A stretch of DNA of 64,000 nucleotides. It comes from Macrostomum lignano (lineage: Eukaryota). A program made the translations under genes and the position numbers. Positions 36,461 to 49,218 of this stretch are shown here, piece by piece (positions within the stretch are counted from its first letter, which is position 1; every line of letters begins with the position of its first letter). The notes under the pieces are model-generated. The model saw nothing but the letters and a program-made list of their open reading frames with translations. It was not told where the DNA came from and did no database searches. Location: assembly GCA_002269645.1 (NCBI GenBank), contig NIVC01001497.1, forward strand, positions 124,001 through 188,000, written 5' to 3'.

Positions 36461-37927
36461 GATAGCTTCGATGCCCCACCTGTTGCTGTCGACGAGCCTG
36501 CATCCAGTTCCCACTTGAGACTGAGTCCTATTCGTATGCATCGTGTAGCAGGTATTTGGTGCATCGCTGCAAACAACCATGAAGAGCTCGGTGATATTGC
36601 TTGTGAAGAACAAGCCGGTGACAATGCTGGTGACCGCCAAGTCAATGATCAAAGCGGCTATCAACATGGTGAAAAAACTGTCGAGTACTGCGGCGACCAA
36701 GCCGGCTACGAACCTGGCGATCATATCGGTGACAATTTGCATGACCAAGCCGACGAGCAAGCGTGTGAAAGATGTGTAGTTCATCCGGTTCGTCTTCGTC
36801 ATGCAGCAGGTATGTGACGCATGTCTTCAACAGTGGATGGTTGCCACGGGATCTGTGGTTGGCGCGCACTACAGGGTTGCGGAAGAGAATAATAACAAGA
36901 GGGACCAAAGGCCGAGAAGTAGGAAAAGCAGTGTCAGTGGTCATAGCATGTTTCTTCGGAGTCGTTGCAGTCACGAAGGCAGTCTTCGGTCGGAGCGCGG
37001 TTGCAAGTTGGCTGTCGGAACCTTGTCTCGGGGGGCAGGCGCGCACTCGGCGTTTCGTCGATTGCCTGCTGGCTGACGCCGGCGCCCCGGATTCGGCCGG
37101 CGGCGTGGCGTTCATTCGCGACCTGGCCTTGAAGCGCGCCCTGAGACGCTAAATGCGTATTCTGTTGTTGTTGTTGTTATTGTTTATTAACTTTGTTTAT
37201 CTGTTTCCAGAAGTGTGGTCTATTCAAACTTGTTTAGTTCTTTTTGCCATTTTCCGCGCTCTGAGTGTTACTTCTCCCGTAGGCTTGGCATCACCGTTAG
37301 CAATAGTGTCAGATTGTATCTTTGACACGCGCAGCTAGTGGGCATTGCTATTCTAAAACTACGCGCTCGTACTATCTAATATTAAGGTTGTTATCATTTT
37401 TATTGCTAGATGGAATTAACGCTCAGCACGTGCACCATCGTTCATATCAACTAAAATATCTGAACTTCCTCACACACATTACCGATTCCGGAACCAGAAT
37501 CGGTTCGGATCTTCCAAGAAAAAAGCAGTATGTATAACATAACTATTTAACTTTGTTGAATTTTTTAATACCAATTAACAGCCTCACTTTGCACAATTTT
37601 TTAAATTTCTTCTTGGTTATTGCCATTAAATAATTAAAATATGTAATGTGCAGTACGGCATGCTAATTTTATTGACTGTTTGTTATTACTGCCCCCCTTG
37701 ACCCCGCAATGCAGTGCCATTGACAAATATCATGTTCCAGGATTTATGGCAGTAGCTGCCCGCTAATCTGCGGGCTGTTGAACAACAGTTTCACATGCGA
37801 GATATAATTAGGAAAAGCTTCGTTTTCATCAAATGAAAGTGTCTATAATTACAGGGTATTAATATACTCGTACTATTGAATATTTTATGCCAAATTTTAT
37901 TGGAGACGAGAGGCGCTAAAGTACTGA

Positions 37928-39662
37928 GGGGATGGGGAAGGGGTAAGCGGTGGGCTCTGAAGGATTGAGGGGATGGGGAAGGGGTAAGCGGTGGGCTCTG
38001 AAGGATTGAGAGGATGGGGAAGGGGTTCAAGCCGTGGGCTCTGAAGGATTGAGAGGATGGGGAAGGGGTAAGCGGTGGGCTCTGAAGGATTGAGAGGATG
38101 GGGAAGGGGTTCAAGCCGTGGGCTCTGAAGGATTGAGAGGATGGGGAAGGGGTTCAAGCCGTGGGCTCTGAAGGATTGAGAGGATGGGGAAGGGGTTCAA
38201 GCCGTGGGCTCTGAAGGAGTGAGGGGATGGGGAAGGGGTAAGCGGTGGGCTCTGAAGGATTGAGAGGATGGGGAAGGGGTAAGCGGTGGGCTCTGAAGGA
38301 TTGAGAGGATGGGGAAGGGGTTCAAGCCGTGGGCTCTGAAGGATTGAGAGGATGGGGAAGGGGTTCAAGCCGTGGGCTCTGAAGGATTGAGGGGATGGGG
38401 AAGGGGTTCAAGCGGTGGGCTCTGAAGGATTGAGGGATGGGGAAGGGGTTCAAGCGGTGGGCTCTGAAGGATTGAGGGGATGGGGAAGGAGTAAGCGGTG
38501 GGCTCTGAAGGATTGAGGGGATGGGGAAGGGGTTCAAGCCGTGGGCTCTGAAGGATTGAGAGGATGGGGAAGGGGTTCAAGCCGTGGGCTCTGAAGGATT
38601 GAGAGGATGGGGAAGGGGTTCAAGCCGTGGGCTCTGAAGGAGTGAGGGGATGGGGAAGGGGTAAGCGGTGGGCTCTGAAGGATTGAGGGGATGGGGAAGG
38701 GGTAAGCGGTGGGCTCTGAAGGATTGAGGGGATGGGGAAGGGGTTCAAGCCGTGGGCTCTGAAGGATTGAGGGGATGGGGAAGGAGTAAGCGGTGGGCTC
38801 TGAAGGATTGAGAGGATGGGGAAGGGGTTCAAGCGGTGGGCTCTGAAGGATTGAGGGATGTGGAAGGGGTTCAAGCGGTGGGCTCTGAAGGATTGAGAGG
38901 ATGGGGAAGGGGTTCAAGCGGTGGGCTCTGAAGGATTGAGAGGATGGGGAAGGGGTTCAAGCCGTGGGCTCTGAAGGATTGAGGGGATGGGGAAGGGGTT
39001 CAAGCGGTGGGCTCTGAAGGATTGAGAGGATGGGGAAGGGGTTCAAGCGGTGGGCTCTGAAGGATTGAGGGGATGGGGAAGGAGTAAGCGGTGGGCTCTG
39101 AAGGATTGAGGGATGGGGAAGGGGTTCAAGCTGTGGGCTCTGAAGGATTGAGAGGATGGGGAAGGGGTAAGCGGTGGGCTCTGAAGGATTGAGAGGATGG
39201 GGAAGGGGTTCAAGCCGTGGGCTCTGAAGGATTGAGGGGATGGAGAAGGGGTTCAAGCCGTGGGCTCTGAAGGATTGAGGGGATGGGGAAGGGGTTCAAG
39301 CCGTGGGCTCTGAAGGATTGAGGGGATGGAGAAGGGGTTCAAGCCGTGGGCTCTGAAGGATTGAGAGGATGGGGAAGGGGTTCAAGCGGTGGGCTCTGAA
39401 GGATTGAGGGGATGGAGAAGGGGTTCAAGCCGTGGGCTCTGAAGGATTGAGAGGATGGGGAAGGGGTTCAAGCGGTGGGCTCTGAAGGATTGAGAGGATG
39501 GAGAAGGGGTTCAAGCGGTGGGCTCTGAAGGATTGAGGGGATGGGGAAGGGGTTCAAGCCGTGGGCTCTGAAGGATTGAGGGGATGGGGAAGGGGTTCAA
39601 GCGGTGGGCTCTGAAGGATTGAGAGGATGGGGAAGGGGTTCAAGCCGTGGGCTCTGAAGGAT
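37928..39662. repeat. 41-43 bp satellite, module C (gggaaggggttcaagccgtgggctctgaaggattgagaggatg)
   Basis: ~40 copies of mixed variants. Confidence 0.95.
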
Positions 39663-40080
39663 CAGTACTGGTAAATATTTGTATACATCCAAAGAAGAAT
39701 AACAAAGTCAAAAGATGCTCATTAATTTTTGCTCAAAAGAATTGTTGTACAATTGTATATTCATACGGACCTTAATATGAAATGCAGTTGCAGGTGTCAT
39801 GAACAGCTGCGTAATTTCATGTTGTGCACAGTCATAATCTACATAGGAAATAAATTCGTATGCAGAACTTAAATATGACAGAAAATACGTTTTTTATTAG
39901 TGGCTACTTGCCACTTCCTTTTGATTAAAACAATTATAGATGCGTACGATACGAAAATTAAATGAAAGTTGCATTGAATAGAAGTTTTAATGACAAAAAA
40001 TAAAAAAATTACAATTTGCAAGGACAAAATGTAAAGATACGAGCGTAACAGCAATTTCTAAAATGTTTATGGCCGAACTT
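39660..40080 (-). pseudogene. Decayed coding-like segment, module C
   Basis: Homologous to 33590-33960 (YDCAQHEITQLFMTPATAFH); in-frame stops and an indel upstream. Confidence 0.4.
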
Positions 40081-40527
40081 GATTATTTAAAAGAAAAAAT
40101 AAAATCATGAAAAAACAATCATAGTATATCATAATTAAATTATAATTATTTACACTTTAGTATGCTATAATATATATTATGTACGTTTTCGGGACTCAAT
40201 AGTTGTTTTTGGCCATAGACATGATCAGTAGGCAAACAGGTTAGCTCAGACTAAATACCTATAAAATATGATAGGTCAATACTGTTACGATCGTAATAAG
40301 TGTATTGATATTGGTCTAACTTTTGTAAAGCAGTATGAATGTACAAAATTTTACCTTGCATGCACTGCATTGTATTGTTCGGGCAGTATTACGACATGCT
40401 ACTTTTATTGACTATTTGCTATTTAGTCTGACGTCGAAGACGTCGGATTGAACATTCTAATCATTTTAAGCTATTTTTCAACCTAATCTACCACGAATGA
40501 AGCTGAGTGAGCGTAGCATGTCTCAAA

Positions 40528-41094
40528 TCAATTATGAATTGGATTGGCCACTGGCGGCATGGGGACCCCGGCCGACACGGAGGGCAGCGGGCCGCTATTG
40601 CCGCCGCTGTTCACCACCACAGCGCCGGCCGCGTTGTCAAAGAACGCGAAGGCGAACGCCGAATTATTTCGACGACGTCTCGACGAACGTCGATACCGAC
40701 GCTCCAGCGCTTCTTCCTCGCGAATTCGGCGCTGCTCAGTTGGCGACGGTTGCCGACCGCCGCCGATGGAGGCGAGCAGGCGGCCCAGTCGGTCGCTGCA
40801 GGCCTCGGCTGTGCGGCGGAGCGCCCGGCCAAACTGGTTCAAGCTGCCGCTGCCGCCTTCGCTGTCGACTTGACTCGATTTGTCGCTTTGACTCGACAGC
40901 GGCTGCTGGCCGGCCGCAGTGGCCGAGTCGTCCTCTGGCGCGCCATTGTCCTCGCTTGTGTACACCAGCCGTCGGCGCGTCTGCGGGGTCCGGCGACGCC
41001 GGCGACGCCGTGGCAGACCGGTGGCCTCGTCCTCCACCTCAGCCGAGTCCGGCGCCGCCGGCTCATTGTTGACTTGATCGCTGCAAGCGTCCAT
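40528..41094 (-). CDS. Hypothetical low-complexity protein or terminal exon (Arg runs, acidic/Ser-rich)
   Basis: GC-rich open frame of at least 188 aa from MDACSDQ, open upstream to 41244. No recognisable domain. Confidence 0.55.
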   Translation of the reverse strand: MDACSDQVNNEPAAPDSAEVEDEATGLPRRRRRRRTPQTRRRLVYTSEDNGAPEDDSATAAGQQPLSSQSDKSSQVDSEGGSGSLNQFGRALRRTAEACSDRLGRLLASIGGGRQPSPTEQRRIREEEALERRYRRSSRRRRNNSAFAFAFFDNAAGAVVVNSGGNSGPLPSVSAGVPMPPVANPIHN

Positions 41095-41817
41095 GGCCTG
41101 CTGCTGATGCCGCTGCAGTGCCGCCTGCGATGCAAGCGGGGCCGCCGCCAGGGATTTTATGAGGATGGGGGACAACGCAAAAGCATTTTTAACCCATAAC
41201 TGCAAGCACGCGCACTGATTAAGGCTGGAGCAATCCCTCCACAAGCTCGCATGTGGATCTGGACAGCAGCTCAGCAGCTCCCATTGTACCCCAAACTGCC
41301 TGAGCTAAAAAACACTACAGGCGGCCCGGCAGCAGTGCACGAAGGAAGGAAATAATGGACTAAACAATGTTGCAGAAATTCACTGAAGCACGGACGAAAA
41401 TGAACGGGGTACACAGAGAGAGAGGCCTGTCAGCTGCCATAGCTGCATTCAGGCGAAAGCGAATCGGTGGCTTGAGGTGGGTGAGATTGCTGCTTCTGCT
41501 GCTGCTGTTTGCTGGCGAGCTTGCTGCAGAAGACTGCCAGGTGAGTAAAGGAGAGAGTTAGAGAGAAATGCCTCTTAGCTACTGGCTTTTGCAAATACCA
41601 ATGGCGAAATGCATCTTGAGGAGCGCATGTTAGCGGCATGTAAAGCGTGCTTAGAGGCGCTGTATTGAACTTTTAGTTTCCTACTAGAAGCAATATCTGC
41701 TATGAAATACAGTCTGCCTGCCACCAATATAGTTATGCAGAATAATAATATAGTTTAATTTTCTTTGATGCTCATAACTCTAAAATTCAAAGATCTCTTG
41801 CAGTAGTTTTATTTAGC

Positions 41818-44055
41818 TAACTGGCACTGGCTAAAAAAACTGGCACTGGCTCAAATGAACTGGCACTGGCTCAAATAAACTGGCACTGGCTCAAATGAAC
41901 TGGCACTGGCTCAAATGAACTGGCACTGGCTCAAATAAACTGGCACTAGCTCAAATGAACTGGCACTGGCTCAAATAAACTGGCACTGGCTCAAATAAAC
42001 TGGCACTGGCTCAAATGAACTGGCACTGGCTCAAATAAACTGGCACTGGCTCAAATGAACTGGCACTGGCTCAAATGAACTGGCACTGGCTCAAATAAAC
42101 TGGCACTAGCTCAAATGAACTGGCACTGGCTCAAATAAACTGGCACTGGCTCAAATGAACTGGCACTGGCTCAAATAAACTGGCACTGGCTCAAATGAAC
42201 TGGCACTGGCTCAAATAAACTGGCACTAGCTCAAATGAACTGGCACTGGCTCAAATAAACTGGCACTGGCTCAAATGAACTGGCACTGGCTCAAATGAAC
42301 TGGCACTGGCTCAAATAAACTGGCACTGGCTCAAATGAACTGGCACTGGCTCAAATAAACTGGCACTGGCTCAAATGAACTGGCACTGGCTCAAATGAAC
42401 TGGCACTGGCTCAAATGAACTGGCACTGGCTCAAATGAACTGGCACTGGCTCAAATAAACTGGCACTGGCTCAAATGAACTGGCACTGGCTCAAATAAAC
42501 TGGCACTGGCTCAAATGAACTGGCACTGGCTCAAATGAACTGGCACTGGCTCAAATGAACTGGCACTGGCTCAAATAAACTGGCACTGGCTCAAATGAAC
42601 TGGCACTGGCTCAAATGAACTGGCACTGGCTCAAATAAACTGGCACTGGCTCTAATGAACTGGCACTGGCTCAAATAAACTGGCACTGGCTCAAATGAAC
42701 TGGCACTGGCTCAAATAAACTGGCACTGGATCAAATGAACTGGCACTGGCTCAAATGAACTGGCACTGGCTCAAATGAACTGGCACTAGCTCAAATGAAC
42801 TGGCACTGGCTCAAATGAATTGGCACTGGCTCAAATGAACTGGCACTGGCTCAAATAAACTGGCACTGGCTCAAATGAACTGGCACTGGCTCAAATAAAC
42901 TGGCACTGGCTCTAATGAACTGGCACTGGCTCTAATGAACTGGCACTGGCTCAAATGAACTGGCACTGGCTCAAATAAACTGGCACTAGCTCAAATGAAC
43001 TGGCACTGGCTCAAATGAACTGGCACTGGCTCAAATGAACTGGCACTGGCTCAAATAAACTGGCACTGGCTCAAATGAACTGGCACTGGCTCAAATGAAC
43101 TGGCACTGGCTCAAATGAACTGGCACTGGCTCAAATAAACTGGCACTGGCTCAAATGAACTGGCACTGGCTCAAATGAACTGGCACTGGCTCAAATAAAC
43201 TGGCACTGGCTCTAATGAACTGGCACTGGCTCTAATAAACTGGCACTGGCTCAAATGAACTGGCACTGGCTCAAATAAACTGGCACTGGCTCAAATGAAC
43301 TGGCACTGGCTCAAATAAACTGGCACTAGCTCAAATGAACTGGCACTGGCTCAAATAAACTGGCACTAGCTCAAATGAACTGGCACTGGCTCAAATGAAC
43401 TAGCACTGGCTCTAATGAACTGGCACTGGCTCAAATAAACTGGCACTGGCTCAAATGAACTGGCACTGGCTAAACTGGCACTGGCTAAACTGCCACTGGC
43501 TCAAATGAACTGGCACTGGCTCAAATGAACTGGCACTGGCTCAAATAAACTGGCACTGGCTCAAATGAACTGGCACTGGCTCAAATAAACTGGCACTGGC
43601 TCAAATGAACTGGCACTGGCTCAAATAAACTGGCACTGGCTCTAATGAACTGGCACTGGCTCAAATAAACTGGCACTGGCTCAAATGAACTGGCACTGGC
43701 TAAACTGGCACTGGCTAAACTGGCACTGGCTCAAATAAACTGGCACTGGCTCTAATGAACTGGCACTGGCTCAAATAAACTGGCACTGGCTCTAATGAAC
43801 TGGCACTGGCTCAAATAAACTGGCACTGGCTCAAATGAACTGGCACTGGCTAAACTGGCACTGGCTAAACTGGCACTGGCTCAAATGAACTGGCACTGGC
43901 TCAAATGAACTGGCACTGGCTAAACTGGCACTGGCTAAACTGGCACTGGCTCAAATGAACTGGCACTGGCTCAAATGAACTGGCACTGGCTCAAATAAAC
44001 TGGCACTGGCTCAAATGAACTGGCACTGGCTCAAATAAACTGGCACTGGCTCAAA
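41818..44055. repeat. 20 bp satellite (tggcactggctcaaatgaac)
   Basis: ~110 copies, a few with internal deletions. Confidence 0.97.
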
Positions 44056-45985
44056 TTTAGCCTACATAGTATGAGACATAAAACGGGCCCTCGAAAACAA
44101 TGATGTGACCAGTATCCAGTGCTGAAGAACTTATACAGCCAGGTGTTATAAGCCATGGCATTGCTGCCTAAAGGGCACAATGGGAACAGACTGTAAAGGG
44201 CGACAATATCTATGGGTTGCTGTTTTTTTTTACTTTGCGGCCACGCGCCCGGACTGTGAGCTGCAGCTGGGAGAGGCAGCCAAACAGCCAATTTCCTTTC
44301 CCATATCCTCTCTCCCCTTCCCCGGCCCCAATTCCCTTCCCCAAGAGCAGCTGGGACGGGCCGGGCCTGCTGCACCTTCTGAATAATTGATTTCTCAGTC
44401 TGTTGTTCAATCCTTGTGCAGTGCAGCATTTGCTGAGGCCAAGCCTCAGGCTCCGGCTAGCAGATCGGCCCAGTTCTGACTCGTAATCCGATGGGACGGC
44501 GAGCGAGACAGGGCGATTATCGCTGCTTTCAGATGGCATCGCTCCGTCCTCCTCTACGCTCTTATCGCAGGTTAACAATAAATTAATACTAACCAGAGTA
44601 GCCCTGAATAATTAGTGCAAACTGGCTCGCAGCGCGGCTATTAGAGGACAATTTGACTGCAGCCCTCCTCGGAAGATCAGATAAAGCGGAACATTTTAAT
44701 TCTTCAGTCCTGTCTCAATTGCATGAAAAATTCTATAAACCAAGTCACGTTGCTATAGATAAAAGGAATTGGTTATTTGCGTATGTATAAATAGTTAAAG
44801 TTAAAAAACTATTGTCGTTCTAATTCTGCAATCTAAAATTGTCTTTTAAATAAAAGACCATCTACATGAAGATTAAATAAAATGTTATACAACAATTTCT
44901 TTTTAATAGAGTTTCTCAAAGTTCAGAATGTTTTGTTTTTATAAAATCTGATGATAACATCTCATAAACAAAAACAACAGCTCCAATTTGGAGCCATAGA
45001 AACACAAAGCAATAAAATAAAAAATATTGCTCTTTTTTAGTCCTGGCAAAGTTTAAATCTTGACTTCCTAAACAATTGATTATATTTTAACTAGATTAAA
45101 AATAATTGTATGCAAGATGATCATTTTCAAAATAATACAGAGAGAGGATTGGTGAAGCTAAAATCTTTGTATTTGTATTTTATATTTTTAATATTTATAA
45201 ATCAATCTATATTTATGAAGGCTTTTTGGAAAAATTTACTGAACTGAACTCAAATTGTTTAATTCAATATTTATTGGAAAATTAAGTACAGTTCCCACCC
45301 TCACAAACATTTAAATTAGGTCGACGGCTCTCTAAATAGAAAGCAGCTAAATATGTTTGCTGGATCTCGAATGAAAATACGGTAAAATACTGTAGAAAAA
45401 AACTAGGCCATGCTTACCCAGAGTAAGAACACAATTGAGATTATTGGCTGATGAAATGTTTTAAGCCAATTATTGTTACATGTTTCCGATGTTCTTTTTT
45501 GATTGGCTCTTCTAGACTTTTAAAACATCAATTGTCTGAATTCGATATAAGTTAAATCAGACTTGATGAAATTGTACAGAACAAAAAGCAAAATGCAATT
45601 TAAATGGTATTCGTAGAAGTCATTAATTTTAATATCGTGCTGTACAATTGAAATAACAAAATCACGAAATGCAAAGCGTCTTCTAGCTATTTAAATTTAT
45701 GCTTTTACAAAATCTACTCAAACATTGTCGAACATTAGAAATATTCTATTTAGAACAGAAAGTGTAACAGTCGTACGAGAGTACATAAGGATGGACAACA
45801 AACGACCATAAATATTTTAGTACTATATCTAGGCTTAAAATCGCTTGAATACAGTAATCAGAAGGTATAAAGGTCGTGTACGAAATGGATTCAAATTTAG
45901 ATTGATGCAAAAATTAGAGGGCGTCTAGACAATTGGTATGTACGCTCGTATAGAGACATCTATACACGAACTTGCATTTCTCTCA

Positions 45986-47308
45986 CTAAGTCATCGACTT
46001 TGTGACCCACCGTCTAATCGGAATGTGAGTGTACTGATGCTGGGCGTTCCAAGTCTCATCGCTCTTGTAAATCTTACAAAGCAACGAAATAAATAAAGCA
46101 TTTAGAAGCACTGAGATGGCTAAAAATACGCCAAACAATATGGCAACAACATTCGGTGCAAAGCTTGGCCCTTTGACGTGGACAACGTGCAGTCTGACAG
46201 CCTTGACGACCACTTTACCTGTTGGCAAATGTACCGAGCACGACACGGAGTAGTCGCCAAGCAACGCTCCCGGAGCCACCTCCAGGAGGCCGTTGCGTGC
46301 CAGCAGATGCTCGCGCGACGCGTGCGGCACGGACCAGTTGGCGTAGGGCGCCGGATTGCTGGCACCGAGGCAGGTCAGGTACTGGCCGCGCGACAGAGAA
46401 GCGTCCAGTCGATTTGGGCTACCACTGCCACTCTCCGGTGCTGAAAAATGATTTCACTGGTCGTAAGTCATAAATTAGTAATACCAGCTAAAAACACTCA
46501 GCCTCATCATTAAAGTCTCACCAACGAGCGACTCCCCGATCACAACCTCCTCGCTGATGAAGCGCACGCTGATTCGGACGCTGTCTCGCTGAGAGCCGAA
46601 CACGTTTCGCGACACGCAAGTGACCAGCAGGCCGTCCAGCTCAGGATCGGCAGTCAGCTGACGGGTGTACACTAACGTCCTGTCGTCGTCGCTTGTAGTC
46701 ACGCTGCCTAGCACGGAGATGTCGGAAACGTACACCACCAGCTCCACGCTGGGGTTGGCTGTCCGTCCGGTGCAGCGAATCTCGAATGGCTCCTTGTCGG
46801 CCAGCCAGCTCACCTGGTGGCCCCGGCTGATGAGTTGCACGGTCGGCGGCTCCGGCGGCAGACCGACAATCAGTTGACGCTCGCCAGCTACCGCCGTGGC
46901 GTTCCCCCGCTTGAATCTGGCTCGGCAGGACAGCACACCGGAATCGGCTGGTTGAGCCATCAGCCGGACAGTGGCGAAGTGCGGCGACAAGCTGGCCACA
47001 ATGTCCGATCGCTCGGACCAGGAGTTCAAGAGCTGGTGCTCTCCTGTACCAGCCGACGAGTTGCCACGCTGCAGCAGGATCACCGCGCGACCATTCAGCC
47101 CGATGGAGACCTCGGCGAGGTTCTCCGACTGCGGCCCGTGGCACATGACGGTCAGGCGGGAGCCCTCGAGTACCGGGCCAGCCGGCAGGGTCTCCAACTG
47201 GATTCCAATCCAGTTAGCATCCGCTGACACAACTGCGGTCAGTGAGATGATTGCCGCAATTATACGCGTAACTGGTTTATTCATTCTCGAGGCCAGAGGT
47301 GCCAACAT
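45986..47308 (-). CDS. Type I membrane Ig-superfamily protein (signal, 3 Ig-like domains, TM), ~413 aa; exons 47308-46522, 46440-45986
   Basis: Signal RIIAAIISLTAVVSA; Cys pairs LTVMC..DSGVLSC, FEIRC..LVTCVSRN, YLTC..YSVSC; TM VVAILFGVFLAISVLLNALFISLL; 81 bp phase-1 intron. Confidence 0.85.
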
Positions 47309-47706
47309 GGGCCGCTATAGTAGAACTGAAATGCTCACAGTGCTGCTGGGGCTTCTATTTATTCGAAAATCTTTTCTCTTACTTTTCTCTTTTCTCTCTG
47401 AACCATGCTTTCTAGCCACCAGCTAGCTAGCCCTCAGCTAATGAGAGGGGGAGGCTGTGTCAGCTTATTGCGTGCACACATTTGGCTCTGCGTGACTGGG
47501 TGCATAGTTTGTTAAAATGTACACTCGCTAATAGGTACATTACGTTGTGGAAGAAGTGCATAGTCGCCATTTTCTAATAATTAGATATGCAAGCGAATGT
47601 GAAATAACTGCATGGTAGCCACCCCTAGCTTTGAAATTTATCGAACAAGAAACTATACAGACAATTTTGCTCAGTCAACTAATGGTAAAACTGCTTGAAT
47701 TTCCTG

Positions 47707-47956
47707 AGCACATGCAAGCGCGCCAATGCTGTACGCAGGCACGTACTCATGCACACGCTCACACAGGGTGTACAGCGGCCCTGACTGTCTAATCAGCAGA
47801 CATGTACGCACTCTGTGCCTTGGGGGCTGGCCCTCATGGCTGTGAATCCCACGACAACCCCCGAGTCAATTTTCGTGCTCAAACCCCTAGTGAATGTGAC
47901 AGGGAATCGAACCCGGGGTCCTTGAGCTGCGAAACGCTGAGCTGCTCTGCCCCTAG
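47707..47956 (-). mobile_element. Diverged SINE copy with B-box
   Basis: Core gtgccttggggg and gtgtacagcggccct on the reverse strand; gggaatcgaaccc at 47902-47914 is a reverse B-box. Confidence 0.7.
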
Positions 47957-48629
47957 GTGACGAGAGGTACTCAAGAATGCGATTCTAATAGGTGCCGAAA
48001 CACGATTTACGGCGATTTCCAGTAGTAAATTTTGTTATAATCCATTCTTTTTATTGCAATAAACGAATCTCCACCCAGTTATGGCGGAAATTTAAACTTT
48101 GAACGTAATAACAAAAAACAACTGAAATTTATATTTCGTTATTATAGCTTGCAGTGTGTTACGGCGCAACAAAACTAAGAATCTTTCAAAGGTAACATAA
48201 TTAATTACAACAGAAAAAGTGAAATTGAAGCCGAAAATATTAAATAAACATTTTAGCCACCGCAAAGCATTTGCACAACACCAACCTCGACGCTATTCCT
48301 GTAAAAATGAAGCATAAATAATTTTTCGAATAAAATCGTACACAGTAGGGTCCGATTTCACCGCATAATACTACTGACAAGAGCTTTATAGTAGTTATTA
48401 TAGTAGCAATGACTATTCATGAAAATATTAAATGCGTGCTCAATGGCAACTCGTCTTATGCAGATACGACAATGCCAAATTATGTTTTCAACAGTTATTC
48501 TGCAGATCAAGGTAGGGAAGCTGATTTTCAATCAAGTTCGTTCATAGCTGATGAAGTATGATGTATATTGTGGATAGTAACGATAAAGATGGCCAGTTTC
48601 TCATTAGATAGACAGGTATTATGAGAAAT

Positions 48630-49135
48630 GAGATGGGGTTGAGAGGTTACAGATGAAATGGGGTAGAAAGATTAGAGATGAGATGGGGTAGGGAGATAAG
48701 AGATGAGAGATGAGATGGGGTAGAGAGGTAAGAGAAGAGATGAGATGGAGTAAAGAGATGAGAGATGAGAAGGGGTAGAGATGTGAGAGAGAAGAGATGA
48801 GATAGTTCAGAAAGGTGAGAGATAGAGATGATAGGTGAGATGGGGTAGAGAGATGAGAGATGATAGGTGAGATTGGGTAGGGAGATGAGAGATGATAGAT
48901 GAGTTGTGGTAGGGAGATAAGAGATGATAGGTGAGATGGGGTAGGAAGATGAGAGATGATAGATGAGTTGTGGTAGGGAGATAAGAGATGATAGGTGAGA
49001 TGGGGTAGGAAGATGAGAGATGATAGATGAGTTGTGGTAGGGAGATAAGAGATGATAGGTGAGTTGTGGTAGGGAGATCAGAAATGATAGATGAGTTGTG
49101 GTAGGGAGATTAGAGATGATAGATGAGATGGATAT
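48630..49135. repeat. Degenerate purine-rich repeat (gagatga/gatag units)
   Basis: Visible low-complexity tandem units downstream of the SCHIP1-like stop. Confidence 0.8.
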
Positions 49136-49218
49136 AGAGGAGAGCGAACCGAATACTAGTTACCAACGCAGCTCAGCGCCGAGTTGCTTCACTCTCATTT
49201 CGGACAAATCCGGACAGC

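Noticed and set aside
40497-41199. Plus-strand ORFs over the GC-rich 40.5-41.2 kb exon (also those over the Akt, Ig and SCHIP1 exons)
   Set aside because: These are antisense shadows of GC-rich coding sequence.
41367-41540. Plus-strand signal-peptide-like exon ending cag|gtgagt
   Set aside because: No supportable downstream plus-strand exon was found. The Leu run is the reverse of a CAG/Gln tract. Left unresolved.
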